NCBI GenBank assembly: GCA_016933055.1
Contig: JAFGBS010000002.1
Span: forward strand, 30,001-62,000
DNA: 32,000 bases
Reading direction: 5' to 3'
From: Promethearchaeota archaeon
GTDB lineage: Archaea; Asgardarchaeota; Lokiarchaeia; Sigyniarchaeales; Promethearchaeaceae
This document shows positions 25,704 to 32,000 of the stretch, piece after piece. Each line of letters opens with the position of its first letter. The stretch's first letter is position 1. Made by a program: the position numbers and the translations under genes. A model generated the notes under the pieces. That model ran no database searches. It worked only from the letters and a program-made list of their open reading frames with translations, and was not told the origin of the DNA.

Positions 25704-27500
25704 CTAATGGGTAAAATAGCAATATAATCCATTTTTCTGAGATTTTTGCATTTTTACATAACCATATCGTTCAAACTGCATGATAGTACCAGGCTTTACC
25801 GTTTTAATGGTATTTTCAGCCTTTCCATGAGTAATAACTCCCGTTGGTTTCAATACGTGCACCTTGACATTGGATTCATATGGTACCCATTGGATCTTTC
25901 GGATAGAAGGTTCTACTTTTTCGGTTAGGAATCTAGCTTCGAACTTTTTTGGATGGACAGATTGGATCTCTACTGTGAATAAGTCTTTTAATCGAAATCG
26001 CGTCCCTTCCGAAAATTTGGGATATCTTACTTTAGTCTCCTTCCGAGACATCTGTATTTTCGTGTCTAATCGGGAAATGTATACGGATGCTTTATGATCT
26101 TTGGTTTTTAACTCAATTAATCGAGTACCTCGTTCTTCATAACTGGGATGGAGTGAGGGAGTAGATACATATCGCTCTTTTGGAAGATTAATTATATCCA
26201 ATTTAACAGGATCTTCTACAAACCAATATCGATTGGCATCTGAATCAATCAATTTTGTATTTTTTGCGTAAATCCATTTTTCGGAAAAACTAATTCCGCT
26301 TTGGGACATTCCCAAGTCCAACAAGGACTCACGCAATGCATCTGGTTGGATTCCTCTTGCTTCAAGTGATTGTAATGACCAAGTTCGGGGATCCTTCCAA
26401 CTTTCATATTCCCCCGTGTTAATCTTCTGCCGAGCCAGTGTTTTACTCAGTATGAATTCGTTACTAAATCGCATTCTTCCGTACAATAAAATAGCTGCAG
26501 GTTCCCAGCCCATTAAATCCCAAATATAATGTTCCATGAATCCTTCTTTCTGCAAATCTGCCCCCCGGATTATATGAGTTACTCCCAATTCATGATCATC
26601 AATACCCCAGGAAAAATCCAAAATTGGCCATACTCTATATTTGGTTCCAATTCGGGGATGCTCTGCATCAGATATACGCATTATAACATGATCACGTAAT
26701 GCAGGATCCTTTTGATCCATCCCTGTATTTATCCGTACTACGGCTTCTCTTTCCTCGTAAGATCCATCTAACATGTTTTTCCAGCGATCTAAATGAACAT
26801 CTATGGACAATTCTTTGCATGGACACGGTTTCCCTACCTTTTTGTACTTCTCCCGAAACACAGTTGCGTCACAAGTACATACATACGCTTCCCCCTTCTG
26901 GATGAGATCTTGTGCATAATTCTGATATATCTTTACCCGATCGCTTTTGTATATTACGTTGTTTTTATCATAATCTATTCCAAGCCATTCCAAGCCTTCT
27001 CGAATCAAATCGTATGCTTCAGGTATAATGTATTTTGCATTAGGATCGTTTTCAATAGCATCTTTAGTGGCTCCAATTGTGTCATCGTATACTAAGAGAA
27101 GTCGTCCATTATAGCGTTTTACATATTCATCATTTAATACAAGCATTCGGGCATTCCCAATATGTAATGCTCCACTTGGATAAGGAGCTAAACGCATAAC
27201 CACTTTCTTGGCGTTTGTTACATTGGGTAATTCCGGTAGTTCTTTTATTTCTGGTTCACTTTTTTTCTGTTCTAATGCTTCAGGTTCAAGATGTTGAAGT
27301 TTTGTAAGTTGTGCGGATTTATCCCATGAGTTTACTTCTAGTACGATTTTATCAATATGGGATTTTATCTCTTCAGACCTTGACCGATATTCGGGAAAAT
27401 CTCTCATAATTTTACCAATTACGGCATTGGACCTAGCTTCTCCATATTTCACTGCATTTTTGAGTGCTTCGATTAGTATGCATTTCTCTACTTCATCCAT
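25704..27500 (-). CDS. gltX: Glutamate--tRNA ligase, archaeal type
   Basis: RLAPYPSGALHIGN (HIGH motif), DDHELGVTHIIRG, SWKDPR and C-terminal QFERYGY. Confidence 0.97.
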   Translation of the reverse strand: MDEVEKCILIEALKNAVKYGEARSNAVIGKIMRDFPEYRSRSEEIKSHIDKIVLEVNSWDKSAQLTKLQHLEPEALEQKKSEPEIKELPELPNVTNAKKVVMRLAPYPSGALHIGNARMLVLNDEYVKRYNGRLLLVYDDTIGATKDAIENDPNAKYIIPEAYDLIREGLEWLGIDYDKNNVIYKSDRVKIYQNYAQDLIQKGEAYVCTCDATVFREKYKKVGKPCPCKELSIDVHLDRWKNMLDGSYEEREAVVRINTGMDQKDPALRDHVIMRISDAEHPRIGTKYRVWPILDFSWGIDDHELGVTHIIRGADLQKEGFMEHYIWDLMGWEPAAILLYGRMRFSNEFILSKTLARQKINTGEYESWKDPRTWSLQSLEARGIQPDALRESLLDLGMSQSGISFSEKWIYAKNTKLIDSDANRYWFVEDPVKLDIINLPKERYVSTPSLHPSYEERGTRLIELKTKDHKASVYISRLDTKIQMSRKETKVRYPKFSEGTRFRLKDLFTVEIQSVHPKKFEARFLTEKVEPSIRKIQWVPYESNVKVHVLKPTGVITHGKAENTIKTVKPGTIMQFERYGYVKMQKSQKNGLYCYFTH

Positions 27501-27571
27501 ATTCTCTCAAATACTGCCGATAAGAAAAAATTTATTTTAATACGAATAAGATAAGACTGGTTAAGATTTCA

Positions 27572-28210
27572 ATGAATATTATTAAAAAATTATCAAATGA
27601 AATGCATGCAAGCAAAACGATAAAACCCAGTTTTAAATTAGTTCATCTTCTCCTTAGTCTTGTCATTTTTCAACAGGAGACTCAAGGTATTGGTCGTTAT
27701 CGATTGGAAAACGAATTATGTCTTTCAGAGGGAAAGGTCAGATCCCTCTTAAAGCACATGAAACAAAAACATTTGATAGAAGTGGACAACAAATTAAATG
27801 TACATGTCCTAACTGAAAAAGGATATTCCACTTTAATTGATATCACAAAGATCCTAACTCCTCCGAAAGAACCCAATTTTGAGATTACTCAAATAGTGAT
27901 CGGAGATTTTGTCAGATACAGTATTGTGCATAATGGTAGATCACGGTTAAAAACAGGATTAGAACAAAGGGATGAAGCCATAAAAATTGGGGGATCGGGA
28001 GCTACTTGTTTAATCATGAAAAATGGAGAATTCTTTTTTCCACCTACTCCCACTATGCAAAATACCTCAATTCCTGTTGCTATTGACCCTAATAATTTGA
28101 ATTATCCATTTTCTGAGTCAGATGTTTTGGTCTTAGGAACCGGAAAGTCACAATATCTTGCCAATTTAGCTGCTATCGCAGCAGCCTTAAGTTTAGCCCA
28201 CCATGTATAG
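27572..28210 (+). CDS. DUF4443/PH0730-like winged-helix protein
   Basis: IGRYRLENELCLSEGKVRSLL (HTH), VLTEKG wing, and GLEQRDEAIKIGGSGA C-terminal signature. Confidence 0.75.
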   Translation: MNIIKKLSNEMHASKTIKPSFKLVHLLLSLVIFQQETQGIGRYRLENELCLSEGKVRSLLKHMKQKHLIEVDNKLNVHVLTEKGYSTLIDITKILTPPKEPNFEITQIVIGDFVRYSIVHNGRSRLKTGLEQRDEAIKIGGSGATCLIMKNGEFFFPPTPTMQNTSIPVAIDPNNLNYPFSESDVLVLGTGKSQYLANLAAIAAALSLAHHV

Positions 28211-28237
28211 TACCAAAATTATTTAAATTTTCATCGA

Positions 28238-28245
28238 TTATATTT
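28238..28245 (+). promoter_or_regulatory. Candidate TATA box for a leaderless transcript starting near the Thr-rich uORF
   Basis: TTATATTT ends 26 nt before ATG 28272. Confidence 0.35.
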
Positions 28246-28271
28246 GCTGTATCTCGCATATGTGAAAAAAA

Positions 28272-28358
28272 ATGGTTGCGCCTGTCAATTATTCTATAAA
28301 TAAGAAATTTCTAAATTCGGTCAATTTGACCACAGCAACCATAACTACTACTATTTAG
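28272..28358 (+). CDS. Putative threonine-rich leader peptide upstream of thrS
   Basis: Hand translation MVAPVNYSINKKFLNSVNLTTATITTTI*; 6 Thr and 2 Ile in the last 9 sense codons; same strand and directly upstream of thrS. Confidence 0.65.
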   Translation: MVAPVNYSINKKFLNSVNLTTATITTTI

Positions 28359-28420
28359 TGGGTAACTCTCATACTTACTCTGACAGGCGTGAGATCGAGA
28401 GAGAGAGTTAATCTTTTATT
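28272..28420 (+). promoter_or_regulatory. Attenuator-like leader with competing helices and a T-tract
   Basis: Perfect 8-9 bp complementary pairs 28272-79/28335-42, 28279-87/28381-89 and 28363-70/28403-10, followed by ATCTTTTATT. Confidence 0.55.
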
Positions 28421-28627
28421 AAAAAATACGATGATGATAATTATAAAAATATTTTCTTGGTAAAGGCAACATGTGTACAGTAGAGATTAAATATTTTAAG
28501 AGATGTAGGCAAATAGGGTGACTAGATAATTTTAAATACATATTTTGAATATTTTCCTATAAGATTAGAAATATTCACTTGTTGTGATCTAAGCTTTTAT
28601 GAATGACGAAATTTTGTAGTTGATTAT

Positions 28628-30730
28628 ATGAAGATACTAATGATCCATTCCGATGGAGCCTTTATGGAAAAAAAAATGAAAGCTACATCCAGTCCTCAAG
28701 ATTTTAAGGAAAAAGACTTGAAAATTGATGGATTGGTGCTATTTGCTTTCGTATCTGTGGAAGATCAGGATATTTTTGATACGTCTGTTATTGCAAAACA
28801 AGGAGCCAATGTTATTGAAGATGCAATAGAGCTGATAGAGGGTTTCCCCGATAAGATCGAGGAACATAATAAAGAAATTCGTGAATTCAATGAAAAACTC
28901 GAAAAACGCAGGAAACTTGCAAAAGATAATCCTAAAATCCCTACTCCCACGGAAAGTCTGAAATCCGAGAAAAAGCTTATCATGGATCGAAAATTTTACA
29001 CAGTTGATTCCATTTTGGTATACCCTTGGGCACATTTGAGTCGATTCTTAAGTCAAGAAAAAGAGTCCATGGAGGTATGTCCAAAAATAGCATCTATTCT
29101 CAGCGATCGAGGATATAAAGCCGATTTTTCTCCATTCGGATGGTATAAATCCTTTAGCTTGAACTGTTTAGGCCATGAAGTCGCGGAAATGTATCGGGAT
29201 GTGAAATTATCCATCCTCGCAGATGAGGTTCGAGCAAACTCTGTGTTCAAGATACTGACAGAGGACGGTAAAGTATTGCATTTATATGATCCTAAAAAAG
29301 ACACTAAGAATAAAGATATTGTTCCCGATCGTTATAAAGGAAAGGAATGGAAGTCGTTCCAAGAATTGATCGCTGATGAGGTTCTTGGATCTGGGGCGAC
29401 ACAAAAAAAGGAACCCCCCCACATCAAGATGATGCAGAGTATGGAATTGGCAGATTTTGATGATGCCAGTGATGCAGGGAACCTTCGGTGGTATACAAAA
29501 GGAGTGTTGATGAAAAATCTTGTGAAGGATTACTTGGAGAATGTAATGATAGAAAACGGTGCTATCTATGCGGACACACCCGTCATGTACACGGTTAAGA
29601 ATAAGAAACTTACAGCTCAAACGGCAAGATTCCCTGCAAAAACGTATTGGGTACATTCTGGGAATAATCGTTACTTATTGCGATTTGCGAACGATTTTCT
29701 CTTATTTAATATGTTTTCTCAAATGCAAATAAGGGAAGAAAGTTTACCATTGGGTGTATATGAATGGGAGACTTATTCATTCAGACGAGAGCAAAAAGGA
29801 GAATTATCCGGTTTAAGAAGACTACGAGCTTTTGTGATGCCAGATCTTCATACATTATGTAAAGATTTACCTCAGTCCGTTAAAGAGTTCAAAAAAGAAT
29901 TCGAAATGGTACAGAGAATCCTTAAGGACCTTGGAATAAATTCTCACATAGTTTTTAGAGCAACAGAACAATTCTGGGAGGAAAATAACGATTGGATTAT
30001 TAAGAGCATTAAGGAATGGGGTCAACCTGCAATCTTTGAGTTATGGCCCGAACGTTATTATTACTTCATCTTGAAGTTTGAGTGGCCCGTAATTGATTCT
30101 CAAGGCAAATCTGCAACGCTTTCTACCATCCAGATCGATGTAGAATCAAGCCAAGATTATATCGAGCAGTTTGGTGAGAAACGTCAAAAGTATAATATAA
30201 TATACACATCAAAAGATGGTAGTACGGGTCATCCGATTATTTTACATACCAGCCCCTCTGGGGCGTTCTGCCGAATCATCTGGGCATTGCTGGAATCTAA
30301 TGAAAAATATAAAGATGAGATAGTTACAGGATTTAAAACATGGCTCTCACCGGTACAAGTGCGAGTTATTCCAATTACGGATAAAGACAAGAGATATGCC
30401 GAAAAAATTATGATAAAACTAAATGATGTGAAAATTCGAGCAGATTATGATGATCGGGATGAGAAAATAGGCAAAAAAATACGCTCAGCGGAAGTAGAAT
30501 GGATCCCATATACAATTATTGTCGGATCAAAGGAACGGCAGAACAATACAATTTCAGTACGGAAACGATTAATCGGTGAAAAACTGGTAGACAATAAGAC
30601 TAACGAACAAATTCAAGATATAAAATTAGCAGATTTGAAAAAAATTATTAACAAGGAACTTAAGGGTTTCCCACGTAAAGAACTTCCCATACCCTTCCGG
30701 TACTACAGTAAAAAAATCAGTTTTCGATAA
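28628..30730 (+). CDS. thrS: Threonine--tRNA ligase, archaeal type with N-terminal DTD-like editing domain
   Basis: MKILMIHSD, YPWAHLS, PFGWYK (editing domain); FRREQKGELSGLRRLRAFVMPDLH (motif 2); C-terminal anticodon domain PVQVRVIP. Confidence 0.97.
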   Translation: MKILMIHSDGAFMEKKMKATSSPQDFKEKDLKIDGLVLFAFVSVEDQDIFDTSVIAKQGANVIEDAIELIEGFPDKIEEHNKEIREFNEKLEKRRKLAKDNPKIPTPTESLKSEKKLIMDRKFYTVDSILVYPWAHLSRFLSQEKESMEVCPKIASILSDRGYKADFSPFGWYKSFSLNCLGHEVAEMYRDVKLSILADEVRANSVFKILTEDGKVLHLYDPKKDTKNKDIVPDRYKGKEWKSFQELIADEVLGSGATQKKEPPHIKMMQSMELADFDDASDAGNLRWYTKGVLMKNLVKDYLENVMIENGAIYADTPVMYTVKNKKLTAQTARFPAKTYWVHSGNNRYLLRFANDFLLFNMFSQMQIREESLPLGVYEWETYSFRREQKGELSGLRRLRAFVMPDLHTLCKDLPQSVKEFKKEFEMVQRILKDLGINSHIVFRATEQFWEENNDWIIKSIKEWGQPAIFELWPERYYYFILKFEWPVIDSQGKSATLSTIQIDVESSQDYIEQFGEKRQKYNIIYTSKDGSTGHPIILHTSPSGAFCRIIWALLESNEKYKDEIVTGFKTWLSPVQVRVIPITDKDKRYAEKIMIKLNDVKIRADYDDRDEKIGKKIRSAEVEWIPYTIIVGSKERQNNTISVRKRLIGEKLVDNKTNEQIQDIKLADLKKIINKELKGFPRKELPIPFRYYSKKISFR

Positions 30731-30774
30731 AATCTGCTGTGTATTTTTATTTTTCATTCTCCTTATTAGCTCTT

Positions 30775-31536
30775 ATGAAAGTTATTTTTCATGAAGATTT
30801 TTATAATGTTTATGAATCCGATCCCGCTGCGGCGGCTGGTAGATTAGAGCCTATTGTGCGAAAGATACTTGATGATCCATTCTATCAGCTCATAGAACCA
30901 GTACCTGCAAAGAAGGAAGATATTTTACGAGTCCATACTGAACGACATTTTCAACGGATTCAATCAGATGCCTATGTATTTCTCATGGCGATGTTGGCAG
31001 CTGGTGGAGCGATTCAAGCCGCAGATATTGCATATACGGAAAAGACAGCAACATTTGGATTAATTCGCCCTCCAGGACATCATGCAAGCCGAGATTCGTG
31101 TTGGGGTTTTTGTTTTTTTAATAATATTGCAGTCAGTCTGTTATATTTAATGCAGAAATATCCTATTCATTCTGCATTTATTCTTGATTTTGATCTTCAC
31201 ACCGGAGATGGAAATATTAATATTTTGGAGGGATATCGGGATGTCTACATTCTTAATCCCTATTCCCATGATGAAATCAAATATGTCCGAGAAATTGAGG
31301 AAAAATTACTTAGTTTAAAGAATGTTGACATTTTTATTTGCAGTGCTGGGTTTGATAATGCTCAAGGGGATTGGGGAGGAGTATTATCTACGGAATCTTA
31401 CCATAAAATTGGTATGCTACTTAAGAAATACAGCCAGAAACTGTGTGAAGGTCGTCGTTATGCTTTACTAGAAGGAGGATATAACTATTCATTAATGCCA
31501 ACCAACTTTGATGGTTTCTGTAAGGGATTTGGATGA
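30775..31536 (+). CDS. Histone deacetylase family (HDAC/AcuC-like) zinc deacetylase
   Basis: RPPGHHA, WGFCFFNN, DFDLHTGDG, SAGFD and LLEGGY motifs. ATG 30775 is preferred over GTG 30739. Confidence 0.93.
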   Translation: MKVIFHEDFYNVYESDPAAAAGRLEPIVRKILDDPFYQLIEPVPAKKEDILRVHTERHFQRIQSDAYVFLMAMLAAGGAIQAADIAYTEKTATFGLIRPPGHHASRDSCWGFCFFNNIAVSLLYLMQKYPIHSAFILDFDLHTGDGNINILEGYRDVYILNPYSHDEIKYVREIEEKLLSLKNVDIFICSAGFDNAQGDWGGVLSTESYHKIGMLLKKYSQKLCEGRRYALLEGGYNYSLMPTNFDGFCKGFG

Positions 31537-31944
31537 TTAATCATCCTTTTTTCTGAAATCCAGTGAGATGGAGTTAATGCAATAACGTAATCCACCTTTA
31601 TTTCGTGGGCCATCATTGAATACATGGCCGAGGTGTGATTTGCAAGAGCCACAAAGAACTTCCGTACGGACCATGCCATGGGACGTATCCCGTTGTTCAA
31701 CAATGGCATCATCACTCACAGATTCGTAGAATGATGGCCATCCGCTTCCTGATTCGAATTTGGCGTTAGATTTAAACAATGGAGCACCACAAGCACCACA
31801 TACATATACACCTTTCTCTTTGTTATGTAAAAATTTACCCGTACCAGGGGGTTCGGTCCCTTTTTCACGCAGGACTCTAAATTGTTCAGGGTTGAGGATT
31901 TTTCTCCATTCCTCGTCTGATTTTTCTAAGTTTACCTTTGTCAT
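31537..31944 (-). CDS. msrB: Peptide-methionine (R)-S-oxide reductase
   Basis: GTEPP, two CxxC Zn motifs, [14 protein letters not shown] and catalytic RYCINS (Cys form, not Sec). Confidence 0.97.
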   Translation of the reverse strand: MTKVNLEKSDEEWRKILNPEQFRVLREKGTEPPGTGKFLHNKEKGVYVCGACGAPLFKSNAKFESGSGWPSFYESVSDDAIVEQRDTSHGMVRTEVLCGSCKSHLGHVFNDGPRNKGGLRYCINSISLDFRKKDD

Positions 31945-32000
31945 ATTAAAATAGTTAAATGAAGGTTACCACTTAAACTTCGCAACTTAAGTTTATGAAC

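Noticed and set aside
28471-28521. Second short ORF in the thrS upstream region (MCTVEIKYFKRCRQIG)
   Set aside because: No compositional bias or RBS; expected by chance.
28505-28525. AATAGGGTG resembling the start of a T-box motif upstream of thrS
   Set aside because: The essential continuation GNACCGCG is missing and no Stem I/specifier loop was seen; T-boxes are bacterial.
31537-31944. Selenoprotein form of MsrB
   Set aside because: The catalytic residue is encoded as Cys and the frame has no internal TGA.
1-32000. CRISPR arrays, tRNA/rRNA genes, IS elements or integrases
   Set aside because: No regularly spaced repeats, cloverleafs, rRNA-like tracts or transposase motifs were recognised by eye; a tRNAscan/Infernal run would be needed for formal exclusion.

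Overview
AT-rich, gene-dense archaeal chromosomal window, most likely from an Asgard archaeon of the Loki/Promethearchaeia type (inferred from gene content and protein style; no search was run). The core is a 19-gene ribosomal operon from uL22 to uL15 (12632-21624). It includes Rpp29 and a uS14 gene missed by the ORF track, lacks the usual upstream uL3-uS19 block and downstream secY, and follows a roughly 200-nt structured candidate leader. The left flank holds accessory genes: MFS transporter, DOMON/CBM9-like membrane protein, transglutaminase-like protein, SDR with Zn-ribbon, iron-sulfur flavoprotein, M23 peptidase, CDF-wHTH fusion, APH kinase, orphan DNA methyltransferase, PMI-type cupin and a DPM2-like two-TM protein. 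The right flank holds an MtxX/methanogenesis-marker-4 homologue, a CPBP protease, a JAMM protease, a PCI/adaptin-appendage-like gene broken by one in-frame TAA, gltX, a DUF4443-like regulator, thrS, an HDAC and msrB. The strongest unexplained signal is an unannotated 28-codon ORF (28272-28358) ending in TTATITTTI, upstream of threonyl-tRNA synthetase and embedded in mutually competing RNA helices. It looks like a thrL-type leader-peptide attenuator in an archaeon. No tRNA, rRNA, CRISPR array or transposase was recognised.
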